Source: Lama guanicoe (taxonomy: Eukaryota). Taken from it: a DNA stretch of 64,000 nucleotides. The stretch's first letter is position 1, and each line of letters opens with the position of its first letter. Both the position numbers and the translations under genes were made by a program. The DNA lies in contig MU056905.1 in assembly GCA_013239625.1 (NCBI GenBank), forward strand, positions 2,129,967-2,193,966, written 5' to 3'. Below are positions 24,001-35,700 of the stretch, piece by piece. A model generated the notes under the pieces. The model was given only the letters and a program-made list of their open reading frames with translations, made no database searches and was not told where the DNA came from.

Positions 24001-27000
24001 CGCAAACTACTGGAGGGCGAGGAGTGCAGGTGAGGGCAGACGCACCAACTCCACCCCCGCTGTCTCGGCATTCCGAGGTTACTGCAGGCCCCTCCTTGCC
24101 TGGAAAAAGGAGGAAAATGTAGGTGGAATTGGGCTGTGAGAAAGAATACAGGTGCAATTTCTTTCCAGGTAGTAAATCATTATCAAATTCCCATATTTGA
24201 GGTACAAACTACTTTTAGCACCACATAGAAATCTAGACCCTGATCTGATCTAAACAATCAAATTCTATCAAAGGAGAAATCTGGTCACATGGCAGGTCTG
24301 GATGTATGGTATGAAAGACTGGACTGAAGATAAACTAGGCTTTGGGCTTTGAGGTCTACCACTAACCAGCCACGTAAGCTTAGGAAAGTCAGTGTCTCCT
24401 CTCTGGCCTTCAATTTCTTCAGTGATGGAATAGAGAGGCCAGGTCACATGATCCCCAAAGCTCAATGAGAACCTTGTGCTCTGCCAATTACCAGCTGTGT
24501 GACCAAGGACAAATTACTTGACCTCTCCATTCCTCACCTGTAAAGTGGGGATGACCATCGTTTCTATCTCATGTCACTAAGAAGGTTAAAGTGAGGGACT
24601 ACACATGAAGCTCTGAGAAAATGCACGGGACACAACAAATGGTCAATAAATGTTAGCTATCTTTCGATTTTGTGGCCAAAGACGTGGGCTTTGGAGTCCA
24701 ATGCATTTGACTTCAAATCCAGCTTTGTGATCACGAGCAAGTTAATTAATCTCTGACCTCCAATTTCTCCATCTGTAAAACCAAGATAATAATACCTCCT
24801 TAATGGTGTTGTTGAGAGAATTAAGTGCCATAATGTCGGTAACAGGTAGGCAGCTCTCTTTAAGATCCTAAGTGTATGATTATGAATGAATGCCACTTCT
24901 GTCCTCAAGATGCTAAAGCAAAATTACTCTAGTTGCTTCAACAATGATAGACTGATTATTGCTATTGTTACACGTATGACTCAGACTCGTCTCCACACCT
25001 GTTAATAACCTCAGTGCGTGACAATAGCCCATTGTTGAAAAAGAGATCTTGTTCGATGACAGCCCTGCCTTTCCAACTGACACTAGTGTACGCTTAGTTT
25101 TAATTTTCTTAAGGTGACTACCCAGTTTACACCAAAAATGTGTTTCTGAAATTACAAGTTTTACTCCTATGAACCTCAAACTCCGCATGATTTCATTCAT
25201 TAGTTTGTAATTTTTACTACTACCGGTATTTAAATAATTTCAAACCCATGACTTCCACAGTAACAATAATTAAGGGGTTTTTTTTTAGTGCATTTAAAAC
25301 AATTGCCAAAATGTCTTTTCAAATGCCCACAAGCTGCTGGATGCTACAGTAACCTTCCTTCTTCCCCTCCTCCCAATCAGGCTGAGTGGAGAGGGTGTTT
25401 CTCCAGTTAACATCTGTGAGTATGACATTTGGAGTGTACGTGCCCGGGGGCTGCCGAGGTGGTGGGCATGCTGGAGGGTGGTGGGGATGCGTGGGCCATT
25501 GGAGGGCATCCCACCGATGGAGTTCATTTTGAGCACTTTCGAGGCTCTGAATTGGTTAAAAAGAACTGCATTAGGAGAGAATCTTTAATGTCACAATTCT
25601 TACCTCTCTGCAAATGAGACGATGCCACAGAGGGAGCAATGGTAAGGTTGCTGTAACACCTCCGCACTGGTTTGGAAGGACCCTGGCTGCACCTCACCTC
25701 CCAGAATTCCACACCTTTCTTGCAGGGGTTGCAAGTCTAGCTCAGAGATGAGTGCTCGCTGCAGGCAGGATTTATGAAAACTGCCATCTGCCCTCAGCCT
25801 TTGGAGGGAGCCTTCGCACTGGGCACTAGAGCACTGTCAATTAGGCGCCCCTTCCTGGAGAAGCCCTGCTGCTCAGCTTAATTTGACAGAGTGTAACTGT
25901 AGTTACCAAGGATTTCCAGGCAGTGGGAGCTTCGTAAAACCTGGCAGTTGGGTGTAGCTACTCAGACACAGGAGAAGCATTAGTTTGCAGGCTGGTAAGA
26001 GCACCAGTCATCGCTTACAGAGCTCAGTGCTGGCACCATGAGGCCAAGAGAGGACTCTTCCAGCTCACACTCTGCAAGTGAGTTCATTTCTCTTTATGCG
26101 TGATTCACCAAAGCCATTGATTATATTAACCCTAGACTCTAGAAGGCAGATCCCTCTGAACCACCCAGGGGTCCTGCTTCCCTGAGGTCTTTGTCTAGTG
26201 GCTCCAGAGACCCTCAAAGCTAGTTTTGGGAATGGAGGACATAACCTCTAAAGTTTCCTCTGTCTTGACAGTACCTAAAAGTCTGTATTTCATAAGGTCA
26301 CCACAACACAGTACCGCAAACTGGGTGGCTTAAACCAACAGAAATGTATTGTCTCACAGTTCTGGAGGCCAGAAATCCAAAACTGGGCTGTCAACAGGGC
26401 CCTGCTCTCTCTAAACCTGTACGGAGAACCCTTCCTTGCCTCTTCCCAGCGTCTGGTGGTGCTGCCAGTTCCTCCATCACTCCAGTCTCTGTCTCTGTGG
26501 TCATGTGGCCATTCCCCTGCCTCTGTCTTCATGGACATCATCCCTCTTCTAACAAGGACGCTGGTCACACTGGATTGGGGCCCACCCTAATAATTTTATC
26601 TTAACCTGATTACATCTCCGTGGTCTTATTTCCAAATAAGGTCACATGACAGGTAGTGAGGATCAGGACTTCAACCCACCCTTTGGGAGGACACAGTTCA
26701 TCCCACAACAGAGCCCATTTTTCGTTTTAACTTTCCTTCTGAAGAGCCGGAGGGAGGGTACTAGATGTTTAAGGTGATGGGTGGTTATGAAAGTTAGGAA
26801 AAGAGCGGGTTGGCGGGAGGAAAGGGGCAGAGCTGGCTGGCTGGCCAGCAGGTCACCTGTCAATGGGTCGGTCAAAAATATTCCAGCCCCGCTCTGGGAT
26901 TCAGAGCATAGACCAGGGGACACAAAGGGAAACCCTACTATGAGCTTCCAGAAGGAGGGGAGACACCAGAGCCAGGCCCTCAGAGGCAAGCGAGGACAGA

Positions 27001-27549
27001 GCAGCAGGGGAGAGTGCGGGGGAACCAAAGGAGAAGGCAGGTGGACAGCTTCCCAGAGGAGAGACGTCCCCAGTAGGTTCTGGGAGGAAAAGAGAGGCCC
27101 AAGAAGCAGAGAGGAGGCAGGAAGCCGTTCTGGGCTGGGAGAATGCGGGGCGCTGGGGCACAGGGCAGTGACCTCACCAAGTGGGCGGGAGAGCGGGAAG
27201 AAGGGAAACCACCCGCCCGCACCCCAGCGGACTTCGGGGCACTGGCCCTGATGCCCCAAGTGTCCTTTCTCCTGCCCTTGATCCTGACCACGTCTCCTCT
27301 CTTCCGGCAGCTGTGGTCACCTCCACCGTCTCCAGTGGCTACGGCGGTGGCAGCGGCATTGGAAGCGGAAGCCTGGGCCTTGGTGGGGGCAGCAGCTTCT
27401 CCTTCAGCACCAGTGGCGGGCACAGCCTGGGGGCGGGCCTGGGGGGCGCTGGCTTCAGTGCCTGTAGCAACCGGGCCGTCGGGGGCAGTGGCTCCAGCGT
27501 CAAGCTTGTCTCCACCACGTCCTCCAGCCGGAAAAGCTACAAGCACTAA
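18070..27549 (+). CDS. KRT75: Keratin 75 (K6hf), 543 aa. join(18070-18543,19073-19287,20217-20277,20624-20719,21360-21524,23542-23667,23809-24029,25381-25415,27311-27549)
   Basis: Head [26 protein letters not shown]; rod motifs [26 protein letters not shown] and [18 protein letters not shown]; e8 [13 protein letters not shown]; tail SSSRKSYKH. All introns are GT-AG; exon sizes 474/215/61/96/165/126/221/35/239 sum to 1632 nt in frame. It sits next to a KRT6 locus, as in the known cluster order. Confidence 0.96.
23278..23399 (+). mobile_element. tRNA-derived SINE (Vic-1-like) nested in an L2 remnant (about 22970-23445), KRT75 intron 5
   Basis: GGGGATAGCTCAGTGGTAGAGCGCGTGCTTAACATGCATGAAGTGCTGGGTTCAATCCCC; TSD AAGAAATGAGC at 23267 and 23400. 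Confidence 0.9.
24335..24850 (+). mobile_element. Three adjacent MIR remnants in KRT75 intron 7
   Basis: Repeated MIR core, e.g. GCTGTGTGACC...TTCCTCACCTGTAAAGTGGGGATGA and TTTCTCCATCTGTAAAA...GTTGTTGAGAGAATTAAGTG. Confidence 0.7.
26284..26710 (-). mobile_element. MaLR solo LTR (MLT1-like) in KRT75 intron 8
   Basis: TG...CA ends; AAACTGGGTGGCTTAAACCAACAGAAATGTATTGTCTCACAGTTCTGGAGGCCAGAAATCC; TATTTCCAAATAAGGTCACA. Confidence 0.88.
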
Positions 27550-27983
27550 GGGCAGGCAGGCCGTTCCCTCACCCCTGCCCCAAAGCCCGCTCCGCCAGCT
27601 CACCGGGCCTGCCTGCACTGGTCCCCACTCTCCTAGGTGCTGTTCCCTGCCTCGCTTCCACGAGGCTCAGCTGTGCTCTCAGGAAGCCTGGCATCCTGGC
27701 TAAACCCCATTCCCCAGCCTAAGCCAGTCTCTGCCCTCTTGACAGTCCCCAGACTGCTCCTGGCATCCACTCTGTGCCAAAGCCTGCTCACTTTCAAAAC
27801 TCACAGCTCATCTTTCGAAGGCTCCCCGTCAGCTCCACCTCACTCCCTCCCTCCCTCCAGATGCAGAGATGGGTAGTCTGTCTCTCCCAGGCCATCTCCA
27901 TGTCAGTCCACCCATCTCACGATGCTTAAAAGCTGCCTGCTGGGAGTGAGGGCTCCCTCTCTTCCCCCTCCAGGAATGTGTCT

Positions 27984-27989
27984 ATTAAA
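27984..27989 (+). terminator. KRT75 poly(A) signal (ATTAAA)
   Basis: First hexamer seen after the stop, about 435 nt downstream, followed by GT-rich TGTGTTTGG. Confidence 0.65.
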
Positions 27990-28989
27990 TGCATGTGTAA
28001 TGTGTTTGGTATCCAGCCCTCTGTTTGGAATGGTGATGGAGCGCAGAGCAGTTCCCCTCCTCCTCCAGACCTCTTCCCAGGACGGGGAGGGCTCAGAGCA
28101 CACCAGAACTTCCCCCTTCCCCTCAGAGCTAAGAAGGCTGACTGGGGAGATGGGAGGGACAGGAGGGCAGAGCACTGGCCAGACTTCCTCCCCAGGCTTC
28201 CGCCCACATCCTCCTACCTCTTGTAAGGGTGCCTCCTTTGAGAAGCCCAAGCCCCTGGGCAGAAGCTCTTCCCAGCCTCCCCAGTCTGTTTGTCATGCAG
28301 GGCAGTGCCGTCCCCTCCCAAAACCAGACTGTGTTCTGAGGCCACTGACGTAAGGTGGGCAGCCCAGCCCTTTGCCAGAGAAGGGTCGATTGTTCCCTGA
28401 CAGCTTCCAACTTGCAGACCTGAGCAGGGAAATAACAGGCCAGAAGAGGAATTAAAAGTCAGCCCTGGGGGAAACGCTTCCGCCCAGCAGACGGGCCATT
28501 TAGGCCCATAATTGCAGGCAGCGTGAGACACCCAAGAAGCTCCCACATTCCTGAGTTTACTGTCTCCGGACCCCTCCCATAGGGCGTGAGCCCCTGGCAT
28601 TGTCCAGAGTGGGGCCAGCCCGTGTGGGCTTGGAGGGCGTGGGGTCAGGACTCAGAACCACATGCAGAAACCAGGAATCTGAAACAGAGCAGTCCAGGGT
28701 GAAGGAGCAGGAGATTAAGCGGCAGGGAAGGGAGAGGCCATGAACCAGGATGAGAGAAGATGAATGTAAAACAAGGAGCTAAAATTTGGAAGGGCTGGGA
28801 GGGAGAGGATGGCAGGAAGGAAAGAAATGACACTGAGAACAGTTGTTAAAGACCCGGGGATGAAGGGTAGAGCGGAAAGGAATTGAGAATGAAATCCTGA
28901 ATTTTCTCCTTCCCGGGGACAAGCCACCTCCCCTCCATCGGTGTCAGGTACTGCGATCTACCGTCAGTACCCTGCTGTCACACCCCTGG

Positions 28990-29300
28990 GTCCTAAATGG
29001 GCTTCATTGCTCACTAGTCATGTGACCTCCATCAAGTTTCTTCACTACCCTACATCTGTCTCAAGTGCTTCATGGGCAAAACAGGAATAATAATAACAGC
29101 TAATAACAGCTACCCTGTGCTGCTGTGTGAGGTTTCAATGAGAAGATGGGTGTAAAGCAGTTACTTACAGCAGCTGCTCAATAAATGTGGGCAATTATTA
29201 TTTTGGTCATCCAACCTCACAATGTTATTATAAGAATCAAATAACTTAATGCTTGTGACTGACCTGCACATGGTCTGGCACAGACTAGATCCTCAATAAC
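28990..29300 (+). mobile_element. MIR remnants upstream of KRT90
   Basis: CTCACTAGTCATGTGACCT...GCTCAATAAATG; GTTATTATAAGAATCAAATAA. Confidence 0.6.
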
Positions 29301-29591
29301 TTATTTCCCTTGTAAGTGACCATGATGGGGAGGGCAGAACTGAGTGCATGGATTCAGAGTTTAAGACCTGAGAACAGAGGAGCTGATGGGAAGTCATGGG
29401 AGGGTCTGCAGTGTGTGCTGCGAATCTGGGCTGGCAGGAGGAGGGTAGGCGGGCTTGGGACCCAGGCCTGCCCCAATTCCACATTCCCAGGGCTGGTCCT
29501 GCCCTGGGTGGGATGTTCCCCATGATGATGAGAGGGGCAGGAAGATGGGCTGTGGCCAGACATGCCATTGAAATGAATTCAACAGAGTGGT

Positions 29592-29668
29592 CTTTGATCT
29601 TCTCTGGCCAAGCCCAGTTCTTGGAAGGGATAAAAGTCAAGGAGAGGAGGGGAAAGCGAGACTTTGAA
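29592..29668 (+). promoter_or_regulatory. KRT90 core promoter: TATA-like GATAAAA (29629-29635) flanked by two TCF/LEF motifs, CTTTGAT (29592-29598) and CTTTGAA (29662-29668)
   Basis: Direct motif matches; TATA-like box about 97 bp upstream of CCCACCATG. Confidence 0.65.
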
Positions 29669-29725
29669 GGCTTCTCATCCCTTTGACATTTTCACTCTTC
29701 TGACCCTCTGGCACCAGCACCCACC

Positions 29726-32700
29726 ATGACTCAACGATCCTCCATCACCATCAAGTCAGGGGGCACTCGGAAATTCAGTGCATCCTCAGCTAGCCTCCTT
29801 CCAGGCTGCCGCGCCAATTTCAGCTCTGTCTCCATGTCCCAGGGCAGGAAGAGCTTTGGGGGTGGCTTTGGAGGTGGTTTCGGGACCAGGAGCCTCCACA
29901 GCTTTGGGGGTAGTAAGAGGATCTCCATCGGTGGGAGCTACCGCTCCGGCCAGGCCAGCTTCGGAGGTGCTGGCTATGGGCTGGGTCTTGGGGGCATTGG
30001 GTACAGGGTAGGGGGAGCCAGCAGTGGCTTTGGATTTGGAGGTGGGATGATATGTGGCGCTGGAGGCATCCAGGAGGTCACTGCCAACCAAAGCCTCCTG
30101 ACCCCTCTTCACCTGGAGATCGATCCGTCCCTCCAGCGGGTGCGGACGGAGGAGAAAGAGCAGATCAAGACCCTCAACAACAAGTTTGCCTCCTTCATCG
30201 ACAAGGTGAGGGGCCAGTGGGGTCCCTACCAGGAAAGCGGCTGACACCCAGGGGGGTCTCTGCTTTCTGTGTTCCTCTGAAGTCTTGGGGGTTGAGAAGA
30301 CTGCCGACAGGGTAGAGGACAAAGTGATTTCTTACTTTGTTGAGATGAGAGAACTGTCCATCTCCAGACTCTAGAGCTGTCTGACCCACAGTAAGAACTT
30401 TGCCCTCTTGATGGATAGTGATCTTGTACTTGGCTTAAAATTAGACAGTGAAAAAGAATCAGTTTGGAAGGCAGGAGATAAAGGAAGGAAAGGTTCCAAG
30501 TTCAGCTCACAGAAATGGGCTGGGGTATGTTTTCCTGCCATTTGACAGGGACAAGGCCTGGGCAGCGTCTCTAGTGATTCAGGTGTGGTTGGCGGGGGGC
30601 ATGCTCAGTCTTTCAGAATTCCTTTTGGTGGGAGGAGAGGTCTCCCTGCTGTTGGTCTAGTGTCCTAGGGATCTTCCCAGTTCCAGCGGAAGAAACAGTC
30701 TAATTTACACCACCTCCAGTTCACACCTGAACCGGTTGGTTTTCCCAGGGAAGAACAAGTTCAAGGATCCTGGATCATTCAGGCTCCATACCTGGAGTCT
30801 GGAAGAAATAGCACTAAACCAAAGAAAAAGAAAAAGAAAGAAAGAAAGAAGAATGTCAGGGACGGAGGGCAAGTAGCCCAGGATCCATCCTCAGCTCTCC
30901 TGCTAGGAGCATCCCTAAATTCTTGGGCCTCGGTTGGGTTGGACAGATGGACTCTAAGGTCCTCTTGCAGATCTAACAGGACATGAAATTCCTCATCATT
31001 TGGACCTAGACCTTTGAAAGTATAAAGTTAACCAAAGGTACTGGTGAGGACTTCATCACTCATGCCCCACAGTCAACCTGGTGTTTGCACCAACAGATGT
31101 GAGATTTCCAGGAGTCCAGTTCTTCAGGGAAGGATGTGGGCCCTGCCTTTCCTGGGTTCATCTGGAGGGGTCCTGGGGAATGAGGGGATGGGGCTGGGGA
31201 GGACTTGGAGCCAGGACAAGGAAAGAGGAAGTAGGGAGCGGGGAGTGGGGTGCGTTTGTTACAGACCCTCTGCAGGCACACAGCCAAAGTCTTGGAGGCT
31301 CTGTTTTTCCATTCTCTGAGGCTGTGTGTCATTCCAGCTACTCCCAACAGAAGGATTTGTTTAGGCAGAAAGGTTTTGTGTATTCCCAAGTCTACCTCCC
31401 GGACTGAGGAGCAAATAAATGCAATTCAAGAAAACCAGATTAGTAGCACAGGACCACAGGGACCTAAGAGAGCTGAGAAAAGAAGGGGCTTGCCCAAGGC
31501 CATACAGCAGTGAGGGACATGGCTGGGATTGTGCCCAGGCCCCCTCAAGACAACTCTAGAGTGACCCATCCCAGCATTCCTGGACTGGTGAGTCCAGATT
31601 CTAGGTCTGGAAAAATCATGTTGGAAAGAAAATGAATCCAATTTTCTGCCAAGACCCTCCTGCCCATTTAACAGGAAACAAAATCTCAGTAACGTGGTCA
31701 AGTATCCTTCCCTTCAGCTACTGCACATCAACATGGTTTTGTGTATTTAGACAGTTTCCAGCCTCTATGGCCCTACTTACTGACCCATCTTCAAACCAAG
31801 CCACTGCCTGTCTCCCAGGCTCATTGCACCAACACTGGCTTGGCTTTAAGTTCCGGTCTTCTTCCAGACTCAAGACAAAGGGGAGGAGCCTGACACCTGG
31901 ACTTTGAGGTCTTGCAGGACCCCTGCAATGTTGAGGGTCCTGTATCTCAGAGCCCTCCAGGAGACTGATGCTGCAGGGAAGTGCTAACAGTCTCTTATCT
32001 CCGGCTGGGGCAGGTGCGGTTCCTGGAACAGCAGAACAAGGTCCTGGAGACCAAATGGAGCCTGTTGCAGGAACATAAGACCACCAGGGCCAACATCGAG
32101 CCCATGTTTGAAGCCTACATCAGCAACCTGAGGCGGCAGCTGGACAGCCTGGGTGGAGAGCGCTTGAGGCTGGAGACAGAGCTGAAGAGCATGCAGGATG
32201 TGGTGGAGGACTTCAAGATCAAGTGAGTGGGGGCTCAGCCCTGAGGTTCCAGGGGAGGCTCTGCTCTCCGGAAGTGCCCAGTCCAGTGGGAAATAGGGCA
32301 CACACTTTGGGACTGGAGGTGGAATCAGAAAAAGAACTGGGACCCTGAAGTCAAGAACATTGAGGCTTTGGGAAGGGGCTGGGGTTAGATGGTAACTAAC
32401 ACGGGCACAAAGGGCATGATACATGCAACGTGGTCAGCTCTGCAGATGAGGAAATGTAAGGCTCTGAGATAGCAAATGACTCATCCAAGTTTATACAAGT
32501 AGCAGCTCATGAGTTATGAACTCATAGAATCTCATACTCACATTTGTTTGGCTCCTTCCCATTGCTGACTTCACAAGTTCATGCATCCACCACAGCCCTG
32601 GCTAAGGTTGGGGAATGAAAGAAAAGGAGGCCTATTTGCTGCCTTCTCCCTGGAACTTCACACACACACACACACCACTAAATATAATGGTATGTTTCTA

Positions 32701-35700
32701 CTATAGATATGAGTAATTTCTCATTTATATTGTTTTAATTTATTTCTAATGTTCTTGGTCCAAACAAAATAAGTGACTTGATAAGTTTTGGTTGCTGTTT
32801 GTATAATGGAGTAAGAATCCAGGTTTTAGAGTTGTGCTAACATGATAGCCACTAGCTACTTAAATTTAAACCAAGTAAAGTTATATAAAATTTTAAATTC
32901 AGCCCCTTAATGACACTAGCCACATTTCAAGTGCTTAGGTGCCACATGTGACTAGTGGGTCCCATAGCAGATGCAGATACAGAGCATTTCCATCACCACA
33001 GAAAGTTTTGTTGAACAGCACTATAGAATAGAGCACCAGATTTAGAAACTTGGTTCAACCACTCACTAGCTCAATGACCTAAAGAAAACTAACCTCTCTA
33101 AGCTCCAGTGCCTTTGTCTGCTAAAGGGGATATTAATAGTACCCATCTCATAGAGGCATTGAGACTGTTAAATCAAAACGTGCATATAAAGTGCTTGGTA
33201 GGCTGCCCACTGTCTGACACATAATAAGCTGCTGTTAATACGTGTTAGCTATTTTATTGTATTGATGATTAGGTATATGTGTGTACGGATGCAAACATAG
33301 ACAAGAGAAGCAGATGGGTAATTTATAACAGCATGCAAAGGTGGGGTAACAGTGATTCAATCCAAGAGGACTTCCTGGAGGAGGAGGTAAAAGCTCAAGG
33401 TTGAGTGGGGGATGTGTCGAAGAGCCCTCTCCTGGTTAATGGACAGCAACGTTCCAATGGCAGGTGTCTAAGAGCCCTGTGCAGGGCCACATGATTCTTG
33501 CCCTCTGGCAGGGGGACTATGAACTGGGAAACACAGGACAATTGCATGAAGTCAGGTGAAGAAAAGATGGTCAGATTTAATGAAAAGACACCTCAAGGAA
33601 ACAATAAGGCGAGCAAGATCAGTTTCCCAGAGCGCTGGGGAGGAGGCACAGTACTGAAGAGTCAGTGAGTCAGTGGCAGAAAGAGGTTTCTTAGATACTT
33701 CTGGACAGTAGAGGCAATAAAAATAAAGGTGGAGATTTTGGATGTATAGTCGTGTGGGATAGTACTTTGTAGTTCTAAAAACATAACGAGAAGCCGATTC
33801 ATAGGTGGGAAAGAGCCTCTGAGAGGTTAAGGGACCTGCCCTGGGTTATTCAGCTAGTAGGTGGAGGAGACAAGCCCAAACCACAGCCGTCAGGAGCTGC
33901 CAAGAGGGTGGGATTGGCTGATGCTTAGAAGGCAGGGTTACCTAAAGCAGATGTGAAACTTCCTTCCCAGAGATCAGAGGGTGAGGGACAGTGGGGACTG
34001 GGGTTGCTGCCTAGGGGCAAATTGAAAATGAGGAAACTTGGTGGAGAGGGTAAGTGGGAGGTGTCTTATTAACCTGAGGGCTGCTTCCCAGGCTGCGGGT
34101 CAATGGCTGAGAACAGGACAGTGAGGCAACGTGAGGATGCCCCGGGGTGCAGGCGCCAGCCGAGGCCTGGGCCGCCGGCCTTACTGCTCTCTCTTCCCCC
34201 TCCCATGGCCCTTGTCTGGCTTGGGGTGAGACCATGGGGTAAGAGGAAGCAGCACACGCCTTCACGGGACCTCTGTGGAGCAGAGCTGTGAGAAAGCAAC
34301 CTCACAGGGAACGAGAGGTGGTTCTGTTTTGCTGTTGCTTTGCATTTGGGTTTTGTCTGCGCAGCGTGGATGTTTGATGGATTTGGGATTGGGGGGCCCA
34401 CGAGAGCTATGCTGTAGCAGCACGTTTTCCAAGTCTTCCCTGGAAACCCACCTACAGCCCCTGCCTTGGCCCTCACGCCCAGAATCCCTCGCTCTGAACA
34501 CCCATCCGCTCCTTCATCCTTCCCGCAGGTACGAAGAAGAAATCAACAGGCGCACAGTGGTGGAGAATGAGTTTGTGGTGCTCAAGAAGGTGAGGGGACA
34601 GGGATGCTCCCTCCTGACTCTTGGACCCTGGCAGCCCCTTCTGGGAGTGACAGCTGCCACTTAAGCCAGAGGCCCTGTATACATGGCTTCATTTAATTTG
34701 CATGATCTTAAAAGCAGGTCTTACTTTAGAAGTGAAAAAATTCAGGCTCAGGGAGGTTAAATCGGTTGTCCAAGGTTACCCAGATCATCAGAAGCGAGTC
34801 CAGATCCAGGACACCAAAGTCTGAGCTGTAAATCACTACACCAGTTCTCTCCCCACGTGGGTCTGGTGCAGGGAGAGGCGAAGCAACATGAGCCTTGTGC
34901 GGAGCTGAGTCTCCAGGACCTCAGGTCAGGCTTAGGGGACAGGCATGGGACGGGGACCGACTCCAGGAGTTGTGGACCTTCCTGCTCAATGAGGATGTGC
35001 AGAGGGAGGGAGAGGGCCCGCCCCAGAGCTAATCTGGAGGAAGAGGAAAAACAGAGCAGCAGTGTGTGGAGGGGAGGAAGGGGCAGGGTGTGAGGAGGAG
35101 GGGAAGCCTGGGGGTGGGGGAGGGGGCTGGGAGAATCAGGAGGCAGCGGAGGACCGGGATGGGTCGTCTTCACCGTGGGAAGGTGACATGTCTTTCCACG
35201 TGGTACCAGCTGATAAGCAGGTGGGCATCCTTGAGTGCCCTGGTCCTCACACAGTTTGGACCCCCCTGGACGTTTCACTCCATACACAGCCTGGGATAGG
35301 GAAACACTCTCATCCCTGGCAACTAAAGTTCTCCAGCCAAACTCACAGACGGAGGGTCTGGCTAGCCCAGGATGGGTGGGACTCGGAGTGACAGCATGTT
35401 CTGTGCCCAGGACGTGGACGCCGCCTACATGAGCAAGGTGGAGCTGGAGGCCAAGGTGGAAGCCTTGATGGATGAGATCAACTTTCTGAGGGTGTTCTAC
35501 GATGCGGTAAGCCATGCCAGGTGTTCCCCCAAGAAGGGCTGGAGGTTGGGGGCCTCAGCTGGGCATAGAGGCCACCAGCCCCTTCCAAGGCCTCCTTTCT
35601 ACTCCTCACCCAAGTTGGAATTGATGGAGCAGATACCACTTCCCCTACCAAAGGAGAACAGAGGTTTCCCAGGGCAGCTGGTGGATCAGGCAAGGTGAGA

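Noticed and set aside
34757-35515. 252-aa minus-strand ORF in KRT90 intron 3
   Set aside because: Low-complexity Pro/Leu/Ser sequence arising from a G-rich intron; no recognisable domain.
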